A stretch of DNA of 64,000 nucleotides from Acidilobaceae archaeon. Lineage in GTDB: Archaea > Thermoproteota > Thermoprotei_A > Sulfolobales > Acidilobaceae. The notes under the pieces are model-generated. The model saw only the letters and a program-made list of their open reading frames with translations, was not told where the DNA came from and searched no databases. The position numbers were made by a program, and so were the translations under genes. The DNA lies in NCBI GenBank assembly GCA_027037535.1, contig JALVZQ010000005.1, positions 242,686-306,685 on the forward strand. The letters are read 5' to 3'. Shown piece after piece: positions 27,446-36,788 of this stretch. The stretch's first letter is position 1; each line of letters begins with the position of its first letter.

Positions 27446-28282
27446 TCACCTCCCGGGAAGTACAGTTAAAAACAGAGAGAACCTACTGAAAAGAAGTAAG
27501 GGGATATGATTTCCTTTTATTTGCCTTTTAAAACCATGTAAAACATAGATGTATTTGGAACCTGGGTTGTAGATTATGTCGTAGCCGTGGTCCGCGGTAA
27601 CCAATACTATACCATTTAAGGCTTGATTTACAATTTCATCTAAGATTCTATTTATGTCTGTTTTTTCTAGGAACTCTTCTATGCCCATGGAGCCATATTC
27701 GTGTACCTTGAAGTCAAAATAAGCGCTTTTATGGTATCCTTTTGCATGAAGTCTTTCAGCTAGTAGACGGGCATACTCTCTCAAAACACTTCTATAGTCT
27801 AGGCCTGGGAGTTGCTGAGTTACATACCTTGTGAGACCAATGGGATTCATAAAGACAAGATTGGGAGTTACTGTCTTGAACCCTTGTAATCTAGAAGCGG
27901 CTGATATAAGGATAAACTCGTTTAAAGACATACAGTCGTAAACCATTACGTAATCTATTCTTGTGAAAATCTTCATTATCTCTTTGGCAATAGCTGATAT
28001 GTTTGCATTTTCAACTAATATGGGTTTTTTAGAGTTAAGGATATTCTGTAATTCTAGTATAATGTTCTCGAAAACAGGGCTCAGGTCTTTCTTGGCCTTG
28101 AAAAGAAGGGGTTTAGGGATTTTTTCTTCTAAAGGCTTGAGCGCAATCGTGGCTGGGTCATAATTTTTGATTATTTTATATATTGATGAATAAACTAGTG
28201 CCTTATATACATTATCAATATTATATCCACTTAGTAGTTTTTCCACATGGCCGACAGCTCTATCTATATACGTGGCCAGCAA
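27446..28282 (-). CDS. minimal PglZ-like alkaline-phosphatase-fold protein (278 aa)
   Basis: IDYVMVYDCMSLNEF, NPIGLTRY, FDFKVHEYG, VLVTADHGYD and VLHGF follow the metal-ligand order of PglZ / alkaline phosphatase domains. Confidence 0.6.
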   Translation of the reverse strand: MLATYIDRAVGHVEKLLSGYNIDNVYKALVYSSIYKIIKNYDPATIALKPLEEKIPKPLLFKAKKDLSPVFENIILELQNILNSKKPILVENANISAIAKEIMKIFTRIDYVMVYDCMSLNEFILISAASRLQGFKTVTPNLVFMNPIGLTRYVTQQLPGLDYRSVLREYARLLAERLHAKGYHKSAYFDFKVHEYGSMGIEEFLEKTDINRILDEIVNQALNGIVLVTADHGYDIIYNPGSKYIYVLHGFKRQIKGNHIPLLLFSRFSLFLTVLPGR

Positions 28283-28286
28283 TTGT

Positions 28287-29714
28287 TTATCCCCTCACAC
28301 GGACACCTAACCTTTTCGGTTGAAACTCGTGCGGCGACATCTCCGACAGTATATTCACGATGTATTGCCTCATTTCCACAGCTAGTTCTCCTACCTCTTG
28401 AAGCTCTCTTTTATCGAATTCTGCATGCGGATATAGTACCTTTAGTATCCCTGAGAGGAGTTTTCTCACAGCCTTCTCGTCTCTTATAGTATAATTTCCT
28501 TCTAATTCAAATAACTCGTCTACTATCGGCTCGTAACTATATGATCTAAGCCTGTGGAGTATCTCTGAAAGGTAGTCTGCAGCTAACCCATATCCCCTCG
28601 CTAGGTGAAGAGTGCTTTTTGAAATCTTCGGTAGCTTCCAGCCAGGCAATAATCCATGGATTCTATCGATTAGTGCTGTATCTTTCATGAACTCTGGAAG
28701 ATAATCAATTATGCTTCCATAGACTCCCTCCGCGCTTAACTCCACGTTTCCAACGAAAACTAGGCTACATGTACTGTGTGCCCTCTTCAGTAATCCTCTT
28801 TCGAAGTGGCCGTCAACCATATAGTCCTTGAGCTTGGAAACCATCTCGTCAGGATTCGTGAACCTGACCTTTGCAATCTCATCGAAGATAACTGCGTCTC
28901 TTGTCCCAATATCGCCGAGAATACGTAGCCTAGCGTGATAGAATAGCGTTGCAGCACTTATGGTTCCTCCAGCGTATATTCTCGTGTAGTATGAAATGTT
29001 TCTGTAGAGGTAGGTTTTACCTGTTGCTCGAGGGCCGAGCTCCATCAGGTTAACGTTTCCCTCAGCTAATGGTACTAGTCTAAATAAAAGGAGGAGTTTT
29101 TGCTTCCAATTATACATGTCTGGGTTTAACCCGATGCTTTTGATTAGAAGTTCAACCCATTCTTCCAACGTAAACTTTCGTCTTCCTTCTATGAAGGAAT
29201 TAAGGTCAATGTTATAGACCTGGAATGGTTCGAATTCAACCATTATAAGTGGTGTAAAGGGAACCCTCTCCTTTCCCCTAGAGGACATGGCCTCTGCTAT
29301 CTCAGGCCTATACTCGAGGACTCCTATTCCCCAGAGTCCCGATAGTATTCTCTCATATCTCTCTACTATGGAATCGCTTACTAGGGCATCGTAGATTTGT
29401 AGGTTAGGTATATGGAGATAATACATGTTTCTTTTTAAATTAACTACAACCTTGTATTCATCTATTAAAGTTATCCTGCCTCGCCTTTTGGCAATGCTGA
29501 GAACCCTATCCTTCTCGCTGGGATCAGGATAATACTCGCGGACTATGCGTGCAACTGTCTCCTGCCATCCTATGGGGTCTTTCCTATAGTATTTTGATAT
29601 AAGATATTCTGCTATAAAGCGTGGAAGTCGTGAGACCACCTCTAACCTAGCCAGACTCTTCTCTACTGCTGTGTCTCCAAATACCTCTAATACCTTCTCA
29701 TCCGTCAGCTTCAT
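28287..29714 (-). CDS. BrxL-like AAA+ ATPase lacking a Lon protease domain
   Basis: Walker A ELGPRATGKT, Walker B DAVIFDEIA, and blocks LKDYMVDGHFERG, LVFVGN, IDRIHGLLPGWKLPK and GLAADYLSE that parallel BrxL as I recall it. Ends at 475 aa. Confidence 0.7.
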   Translation of the reverse strand: MKLTDEKVLEVFGDTAVEKSLARLEVVSRLPRFIAEYLISKYYRKDPIGWQETVARIVREYYPDPSEKDRVLSIAKRRGRITLIDEYKVVVNLKRNMYYLHIPNLQIYDALVSDSIVERYERILSGLWGIGVLEYRPEIAEAMSSRGKERVPFTPLIMVEFEPFQVYNIDLNSFIEGRRKFTLEEWVELLIKSIGLNPDMYNWKQKLLLLFRLVPLAEGNVNLMELGPRATGKTYLYRNISYYTRIYAGGTISAATLFYHARLRILGDIGTRDAVIFDEIAKVRFTNPDEMVSKLKDYMVDGHFERGLLKRAHSTCSLVFVGNVELSAEGVYGSIIDYLPEFMKDTALIDRIHGLLPGWKLPKISKSTLHLARGYGLAADYLSEILHRLRSYSYEPIVDELFELEGNYTIRDEKAVRKLLSGILKVLYPHAEFDKRELQEVGELAVEMRQYIVNILSEMSPHEFQPKRLGVRVRG

Positions 29715-29727
29715 TCTATCACACTCA

Positions 29728-32700
29728 TTAGGGTAGGAATCTATCGAAGCTCCGCTTAACCGTGTAGTAGTCGCCGAACACTTCCTTTACGATTTGCTCT
29801 TTGACGGGTTCACCTAGTGTGATTGATACTTTGACTGTACCAGTCTCTTTTGAAGAGAGTCTTGAGATCAGATTGAGTACCACTCTCCAGTCTCTGAGCG
29901 TGTCGACGTCGACGTCCCTGATTGCGAATGATAGATTTGCTTTATTTGTTTCCAGTTGAAATACTAGTTCATTCACGGTCGCTTTATAGTGTTCAATAAA
30001 CACGGTCAACTTCTGCTGGACATCGTCAACGTTAAACCCTGAAGGTAGCTCGAGGCTAATGCTAGTTATCTTGGTTTCACCAATAAATCTAGGTTTTACT
30101 TCTACGACGGAGTCCCTGGTCGCCGGAGTAAAAGGCTTCTGAGCAGATACAGGCGGCAAAGCTATAGTCGTAGGTGGAACCTCTTCTTCGGGGGTTTCTT
30201 TGTGTTTAATGTTAAATACTATCAAGCCATTGGCTTCATCAACTATGATTTCAATAGTTTTATCGGTTAATTCTATCGTCTGCTTATGAAGATATCTTAT
30301 AGCCTCTCGTGCGACAATCGCACTCAGAGGTTTAACGTCATAGCTTCCTTGCAATAAGTTCTCCAGGACCTCATCTATTCTATCGCTCTCCCTTAGGTTT
30401 CCTGACTCGAACTCTCTCCTATACCAGTCGAGTACCACTCTCATTAGCTCAATGGGCTTGTGATGGTAGTTTAAGGAATTAATTATACTTCTCAAATATC
30501 CGTTGAGAATAGAAGTATATTTTTCTAAGTTCTTAGGCGCTTTGTACTCGCCTAATCCTTCTGTCGAGGAACTGATGGTTGGAGGAATGATTGTTTTACT
30601 AACGAATCTCCCTTCGTCCAGGCTGTAATAAATTGCCTTAGAATATAGTGATAATATCTCGGCGACGATTTCCCTGGAAAGAGTCACTAGTTGTCTCTGT
30701 GCTAGCCTCCTTGCTTCACTTATCTCGCTTTCAAGTTTACTTTTAAGTCCTGCAAGATGCTTCTCCTTCAACTCTTTCGTGTAGATCTCCATTAGGTTTT
30801 TTCTTTTTGTTAATGTATCCTCGTATTCTCTTAGGCGCTCCATTAAGACGTCGCTACTCTTCTCTAAGTAGTGTAGGAATCTCTTGGTTCCCTCGTAAAC
30901 TACGAGTTTGTCAAGTAACTTGTCTAATCTGTGTTTCGAGACGTTGGGGACGAGAACTACGATATGGAGTGGACGCTGGATTTTACCCTTGTCGACCTCT
31001 GCCTGCAGACGTCCAGCCAATCCTTCTACGAGCTGATCATATCCGGTTTTTTCCTTGTATAGTCTGTTGTATAAGTCTAGATCCCATACTGGAATAATTG
31101 AAAAGAGGAGCTTGCCTTCTCTCTGAGCGTTTACAAAAGCGTGGTTAGACGTGAATACACTTGTATCCCATACTTTGTTGAATTCGATTAGGGAAACAAC
31201 GACATCCTCGGCTCTCCCATCCACCACTACCTTAACATTTGCGAAAAGGGAGGGGACGGTTCCTTTTTGACGTAGATATAGGGGAATAATTGTTTCCTTC
31301 TCGATGTTCCTTCTTTCTTCCTGTACAAATGCAGTCAATTTACTATATATCGTCTTAAAGAAGGAGGGTAAGAGGAATCTCTTTCCCTTAACTTCTCTCT
31401 CCTCGATTCTAGCACTCTCCGCCTTAAGCTTTTCCAATGCTTCTCCTAAAAGCTCGAGAAGCCTGAAGGACTCGGCTTCACGGTGACTCTGTATTATTTC
31501 AACCTGCATCTCTTCAAGGGTCGAGCCATATCTCTCGATTTCCCTTTCATCCTCTGATTCGACTAGGGCTAGAATATTTGCTGTTACTCCCTTAGCGAAA
31601 ATGTATTTTGCCGAGAACTCTGCTGGATAGCGGTATTTCTCCTCTATTTTCTCAAGCGCCATTTCTACGTCGGATGCTGCTTGAATCCAATCTCCTTCTA
31701 ACTCGCCAGTAAGTTTGGCTTGCAGAGTCTCGGGTAAGCTGAGGTGTTTGAGGCCTATAGTGTAGGAGTTTGTCGCATCTTCTCTTAGAGCTTTTTCTGC
31801 AGCTTCCGCAGCTATGTACAGGATTGTTCTAACATACTCTGTTCTTGGAAGGTCTCGGGGATTCATGGCCTTCCTGAATAGTCTTATTAGACCTAGGGAG
31901 AAGGGGTAGAACTTCTCTAGTTCGCCCTTAAACGATTCTAGTGATTCTCTAAGGTTTAGCTGGCTTGCGATTAGTTTTAGGTTAGAGTAATAGGCGTCTC
32001 GAATATCTGAGAGATTTGATACTGTGGGCTTCAATAATCTATGGATCGCTATCTCGATCGCGTGAGAGGGACTATAGGATAGCTCTCCTATCCCGGTTCC
32101 TGCAAGGCCTCTGCTATATCTCTCTCGGAGACCATCTAGGTCTCCAAGCATCCCCTCTATCTTGGAATGTATTACCTTGTTATCCTGGTGTTTAAGCATT
32201 ATTAATTTAATATCTCTCCTATCTTGCTCGGCAAGCACCCATACTACTATAGCTGAATAGGGTTTTCCCTGAAGCTTTTCATACAGGTAGCTTAGGAAGT
32301 TGATTATAGAGTTTGTCTCGTAATATATCTCGTGTGCCTTGCCCTCTTCCCCTTGAATCAGAAAGTCAGCGTATCGACGTACACGCTGAGCAAGCCCATA
32401 ACCCAATTCGTCTACAAGTAATAAGAGTCTAGGCCTCTTGCAACCATACTCATTACACTTCTCGAGAATCTCTACGATGAGCCCAGCTAGCTCGTCGGAG
32501 GAGAGACTGTAGAGCTTAGTCTTGTCGTATCGTGAGAGAACCCTCCTGACAGCCTGTATTAGTCTTCCATCCTTCACCTTTACAACTGGATGATCCATGT
32601 TAGAGTAGGCCTCTAAGAGTGAGACTAGTTTCGTGAGAGGCTTTTCCTGAGAAAAGTCCATTCCTAGCACTAGAGTCTCCCTTACAATATCTCTAGGGAC

Positions 32701-33030
32701 ATCGATAATCTCCGCCTCCCTGTACATGTCCGAGGTGAAAAGATGCCAGAGCAGAATGAGTAAGTGTGTTTTTCCAAAGCCAAAGCCCCTCTCAAGAGAC
32801 CCACCAACTATACCAACGCTCCTCAAGTTATCAATTATCCTGTTAACAAACAATCGGAGCGGATCTGTCAGATACGTTACCTCGAAGAAGTAACCCGGGT
32901 CAGCGTAGCTTGTCTCCCTAACCCCTGTAACCCAGGACTCCAGTACTTGGCCAAAACTAGGGATTAACTCCCCACGTAGGTCCTCAAGACTAGTCTTGAG
33001 GGTAAAGACCTCGCCAACATATTTCCTCAA
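29728..33030 (-). CDS. DUF499-type P-loop ATPase (BrxC/PglY-like), 1100 aa
   Basis: ADPGYFFEVTYLT..LERGFGFGKTHLLILLWHLF (Walker A) and RLLLLVDELGYG (Walker B), followed by a long helical C-terminal region. Confidence 0.75.
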   Translation of the reverse strand: MRKYVGEVFTLKTSLEDLRGELIPSFGQVLESWVTGVRETSYADPGYFFEVTYLTDPLRLFVNRIIDNLRSVGIVGGSLERGFGFGKTHLLILLWHLFTSDMYREAEIIDVPRDIVRETLVLGMDFSQEKPLTKLVSLLEAYSNMDHPVVKVKDGRLIQAVRRVLSRYDKTKLYSLSSDELAGLIVEILEKCNEYGCKRPRLLLLVDELGYGLAQRVRRYADFLIQGEEGKAHEIYYETNSIINFLSYLYEKLQGKPYSAIVVWVLAEQDRRDIKLIMLKHQDNKVIHSKIEGMLGDLDGLRERYSRGLAGTGIGELSYSPSHAIEIAIHRLLKPTVSNLSDIRDAYYSNLKLIASQLNLRESLESFKGELEKFYPFSLGLIRLFRKAMNPRDLPRTEYVRTILYIAAEAAEKALREDATNSYTIGLKHLSLPETLQAKLTGELEGDWIQAASDVEMALEKIEEKYRYPAEFSAKYIFAKGVTANILALVESEDEREIERYGSTLEEMQVEIIQSHREAESFRLLELLGEALEKLKAESARIEEREVKGKRFLLPSFFKTIYSKLTAFVQEERRNIEKETIIPLYLRQKGTVPSLFANVKVVVDGRAEDVVVSLIEFNKVWDTSVFTSNHAFVNAQREGKLLFSIIPVWDLDLYNRLYKEKTGYDQLVEGLAGRLQAEVDKGKIQRPLHIVVLVPNVSKHRLDKLLDKLVVYEGTKRFLHYLEKSSDVLMERLREYEDTLTKRKNLMEIYTKELKEKHLAGLKSKLESEISEARRLAQRQLVTLSREIVAEILSLYSKAIYYSLDEGRFVSKTIIPPTISSSTEGLGEYKAPKNLEKYTSILNGYLRSIINSLNYHHKPIELMRVVLDWYRREFESGNLRESDRIDEVLENLLQGSYDVKPLSAIVAREAIRYLHKQTIELTDKTIEIIVDEANGLIVFNIKHKETPEEEVPPTTIALPPVSAQKPFTPATRDSVVEVKPRFIGETKITSISLELPSGFNVDDVQQKLTVFIEHYKATVNELVFQLETNKANLSFAIRDVDVDTLRDWRVVLNLISRLSSKETGTVKVSITLGEPVKEQIVKEVFGDYYTVKRSFDRFLP

Positions 33031-33032
33031 GA

Positions 33033-36000
33033 CTAACTCACCTCGCCTCTCACTAACTTAAGGAGAGTAAGAACTGCGAGCTCACGGGAAACCTCTGAAG
33101 ACTTATCGCCAGAGAAAAGATACCTCTCGAGACCAACAGTCCTAGCCTCCTGCAAACCAAGGTCTGCGCCCCTAGCCGTCTCTAGCAGGAGTACTGCTAG
33201 CGCCGCAGACTCGCGGATGCCCTCATTGCCCCACTCCCTAACCCTACGGAGTATGTTCTTAGCCCTCACACCAGGTGCTCCCGTCTCATTCAACGCAAGG
33301 TATACTAAGTATATTGCTCTCCCCGGCGCAAGCTTTGAGAACCTATCCCATGAAGTCTTAGCGCCAGCCGCAGTAAGAGCTTCAAATAGAACAGGGTAGA
33401 AAGCTTTACCCTTCCTCTCCTCCTCACTACTACTGGCCAGCTTCTCGCCTACTAGACCTATCTCTTTAAGCCTATCAATATCATAGCCCAGCATCTTAGC
33501 TATAGTCTGTGCAAAGTCATAGCTCAAGGGTAGAGGCTTATCCCTATACTTTCCAGACTCGAGGTCAACACGGCTAACAAACCATAGCGTAACAAAACTA
33601 CGCGTAGCAGGATCCATCAACATTGCATGACTAACAAGCTCCGATACCCTAGCAGCGTCTCCATTACTAAGCCGGACAGGACCAGACTCCCTAAGTATTC
33701 TACCTATTACGGGCATAACGAAAGCCTCATCAACAAGCGTTGACGCCGCATCAAACAATGGCTCAAACCTGTCAAGACCGGGCACCTCAAACCTCGAAGC
33801 AACACTCAAAGCAGTGCCAAGCATGAGAGCCATCATATCAGCAGGACTAGCACCAGCATCCCTAGCAACCCTCCTCGACTCCTCCACAGCCTCCCTAGCA
33901 GCAGACCGGAAAGCAGAGTTCTCCAACAAACTCCTCCTAACATCAGCTCCAATCTCAACAAGCCTCCTACGCTCATACTTACGGGCAACAATTATGAGAC
34001 TAGTCTCTTGAGCAACTACATTAACCTGGCCCTTATACCTGGTCTTCATCTCAGTCTTAACCGGCCAAACACGAGACACCACATAGCCAGCCTTGTAGAG
34101 CGACTCGCCTACAGTCTTCCAAGCAACATCAGTTGGGTGAGTAAACCACAATACTAGAACTCCGTCATCTCGCAGAACCTTATATGTTTCCTTCACGAAT
34201 TCGGAGAAGAACCTCTTAAACCTGTCAGAAGAGTCCCTCTTATCATAAGTCACGACCTCATTCTCCCTAGGAACCCTGGGACTACTCCAGCTCCAACCAG
34301 ATACCATTAACCTATCCCTGAACAGGAGTTCGAGCACCGGGCGTAGACTCCTCCTCAATATAACCCAAAAGAACTCGCTCCTATCACTATAGATAACCTG
34401 CTCGAAATAGGGAGGATCAACATTAACAACATCAACACTATTCACCCCAAGAATATTAGAAAGCCTTGTAGCGTCCCCCAGGAAAACACTAACCCTATCG
34501 CCGAGACCTGAGTCCTGAAACTCCTCGACAAGGAACCGAAGAACAGGGAGAATACCGCCTTTCGTTCTTGTAGGATTTGAAGATTCAGCAATATCGGTTT
34601 CAAGAGCCCATTCAATATTCTTATAGATCGGAATGGCTTCGGCATATTCTTGGCGGAAGTCAAGCGTACTTTCTCCTCTCATAGCTGGCGATATTACTGC
34701 ATTTCCACGATGCCATGTAGTCGATATTGTATTATAGTTAGTCATTTTGTCTATGGCGAACGCCAAGTAAAGTGCTACTGCTGCTCCAAACTCGCCGTTA
34801 CTTGAAGCTAGTTTTTCTGCTGCCTCGGCTACTATTTTTGATAGTTTTGCTAATGCTAGAAGTTGCCTCGGGTTGTATAGCATGTACCAGTGTGTAAGTC
34901 CCTTGTTCCTAGCTGTGCTTGCCCATTTGTTGTCTGGGGGTATTGGGTCTAGTGGTATGTAGTCTTGTAGTTCTAGTATTTCTTTTGAGAGGTCTCTGTA
35001 GGCCTGCAGGAATCTTTCTCGTTCCTCCTCGTCATCCCATATCGCTGTGAACCCGTTTCCTACCTGCTTGACTAATGGTATATGTGTAGATAACAGCCTC
35101 TCCTCTAGTTCTGGTGTAACCTCTTCGTACTCCTCTACTACTCGTCTCATTAGTTCTGCGTGTTCGAGGAACCATTTGTCAAAAGCGGTTGTTCCTGTTT
35201 TTGCTCTTCCACGTAGCTGGAACCACCTGCCGCAGTACGGGCATTTTATATTGTAGCCTCTCTTCTCGTAGGGTTTACTGGGTTCCTTATTGACTGTCTC
35301 TATATGGAATATTTTCCTTTCTTTATCGTATTGAATCTTGAGATATCTGTTTTTGAAACGTGTAGCCTTAGTTATTATAGGGGCGACTCCTTGGACAGGT
35401 ATTAGTCCTCCGCAGAAGGGGCATCTTACCCCTCTCGCGAAAATATATCCATCATTTTTTGTATAGTATTTTCCTAATTCTTCCCTAGCCTTATTGATAA
35501 ACTCCTTAGCAGCTCTAAGAGTCTCCTCGAAAAGCCCCGAGTCCGCATACTTAGCGGGAAACTCTACAGTAGCCCTTGTGACGAGGTAAGCTACGGGGTT
35601 GTAGTCAATAGCTATAGTTTTAAAACCAAGCCTGAGACTCTCTAATGGAATACTGCCTCCACCAGCCATAGGGTCCACAACAACAATTTCCTTTGATTCT
35701 CTACGGTATTGTTTTGTAACAATATTCTTGATTTCGTTTCTTTCAGGTCTTGTGTAGAATAGGAGAGGAGGCATCTTGTTCTTTTTAGCTTTTTCTCGTG
35801 AATTATATCCTATTAACTTGAGAAATAGATTTTCGTCTATATCATTATGCAGAACACTTGCTAATGTTAATGCTCTTGCAACTCCAGCGGGTCTTCTTGC
35901 AAACCATGTGTGGATGCTTCTAAGTTTAGGGTCGAAATATCCTCGAAAAACTTTGAAGCCAGCCTCTAAAATTCCGTCCTCGTTAATCTCTCTGAGCGGG

Positions 36001-36041
36001 AGTTTTTCCTCGATGAATTTCTTTCTTATCATTTTACTCAC
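33033..36041 (-). CDS. DUF1156-type Zn-ribbon DNA methyltransferase (N6A/N4C class), 1002 aa
   Basis: IHTWFARRPAGVARAL (DUF1156 block), motif I VVDPMAGGGSIPLE, CPFCGG..CPYCG ribbon, motif IV VNVDPPYFEQVIY. Start is GTG 36041 or ATG 36032. Confidence 0.85.
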   Translation of the reverse strand: MSKMIRKKFIEEKLPLREINEDGILEAGFKVFRGYFDPKLRSIHTWFARRPAGVARALTLASVLHNDIDENLFLKLIGYNSREKAKKNKMPPLLFYTRPERNEIKNIVTKQYRRESKEIVVVDPMAGGGSIPLESLRLGFKTIAIDYNPVAYLVTRATVEFPAKYADSGLFEETLRAAKEFINKAREELGKYYTKNDGYIFARGVRCPFCGGLIPVQGVAPIITKATRFKNRYLKIQYDKERKIFHIETVNKEPSKPYEKRGYNIKCPYCGRWFQLRGRAKTGTTAFDKWFLEHAELMRRVVEEYEEVTPELEERLLSTHIPLVKQVGNGFTAIWDDEEERERFLQAYRDLSKEILELQDYIPLDPIPPDNKWASTARNKGLTHWYMLYNPRQLLALAKLSKIVAEAAEKLASSNGEFGAAVALYLAFAIDKMTNYNTISTTWHRGNAVISPAMRGESTLDFRQEYAEAIPIYKNIEWALETDIAESSNPTRTKGGILPVLRFLVEEFQDSGLGDRVSVFLGDATRLSNILGVNSVDVVNVDPPYFEQVIYSDRSEFFWVILRRSLRPVLELLFRDRLMVSGWSWSSPRVPRENEVVTYDKRDSSDRFKRFFSEFVKETYKVLRDDGVLVLWFTHPTDVAWKTVGESLYKAGYVVSRVWPVKTEMKTRYKGQVNVVAQETSLIIVARKYERRRLVEIGADVRRSLLENSAFRSAAREAVEESRRVARDAGASPADMMALMLGTALSVASRFEVPGLDRFEPLFDAASTLVDEAFVMPVIGRILRESGPVRLSNGDAARVSELVSHAMLMDPATRSFVTLWFVSRVDLESGKYRDKPLPLSYDFAQTIAKMLGYDIDRLKEIGLVGEKLASSSEEERKGKAFYPVLFEALTAAGAKTSWDRFSKLAPGRAIYLVYLALNETGAPGVRAKNILRRVREWGNEGIRESAALAVLLLETARGADLGLQEARTVGLERYLFSGDKSSEVSRELAVLTLLKLVRGEVS

Positions 36042-36204
36042 TCTCTTTTGGGTTTGTAACTATTATTTTGCCGTTTTCGTAGTACCATGCTATTTTGTCT
36101 CCTTCTTTGAGGCCTAGGAGCTTTCTTACCTCGCCGGGGACTGTTGTCCTGTTGTATTTTCCTATAATTGTAACTTTTAGGAGTCTTCTTTGTAATCGTG
36201 GCAA
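36034..36204 (-). CDS. SpoVT/AbrB-type small DNA-binding protein (56 aa), first gene of the operon
   Basis: Below the ORF-track size cut-off. Hand translation from TTG 36204: LPRLQRRLLKVTIIGKYNRTTVPGEVRKLLGLKEGDKIAWYYENGKIIVTNPKESE. This matches the AbrB swapped-hairpin signature. Its stop overlaps the methyltransferase start. Confidence 0.6.
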   Translation of the reverse strand: MPRLQRRLLKVTIIGKYNRTTVPGEVRKLLGLKEGDKIAWYYENGKIIVTNPKESE

Positions 36205-36220
36205 GGTCGCTTGTCACCTG

Positions 36221-36255
36221 CTTATATAGAATTCTATAGGCTTTCCTATAAAAGG
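36221..36255 (-). promoter_or_regulatory. candidate archaeal promoter of the BREX-like operon (two TATA-like boxes)
   Basis: The minus strand reads TTTTATAGG and CTATATAAG about 45 and 22 nt upstream of TTG 36204. Confidence 0.35.
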
Positions 36256-36788
36256 CGTCGCCGCCTCTCGCTATATAATACGAGCTTTAGCTTAATAGTG
36301 CTTCTATGGAACAGGTCTCTTCACTGGGAGGAGAGATAATCTTCTGGAAACACGTCCTCAGGATGGCGGGGGAGTGGAGCCCGCTTGAACAGGCAAAAAG
36401 CCCTACTAGCGAGTTCGAGCCGGGGCTTTGGAGTAGTAATGATTGGTGCTGCTACTATCTGGGCGTAGGGGAGAGTAGTAAGCGAGCAGGCTACATATAT
36501 TTTCCGCTAACTGGGTGAGGATTAGAATACCCAGCTAGACTACCGTCAGCTCAATGAATAAATTACGCAGAATAGGCGTGCAGGCGAAGGAGTTCAGGAA
36601 GCTCGCTAACCGAGTACTGGAGGAGCTGGCGCACATGCACAACATCCGCCTCAACGCCGTAAACCCCATTATGAGCAGGGAATTGCGGTTACCGGGACTA
36701 GTTATGTGAATGCGCGGGACTGGGCGGACAAACTATCGGGCAAACTATTCGACATTTACATTAACTGGTTAAAGGAGAAAGGCCAAAT

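Noticed and set aside
36306-36518. The EFEPG-encoding stretch (GAGTTCGAGCCGGGG) as another tRNA T-arm or att remnant
   Set aside because: The flanking bases do not form a T-stem, and there is no similarity to the tRNA-Val core or any acceptor sequence.
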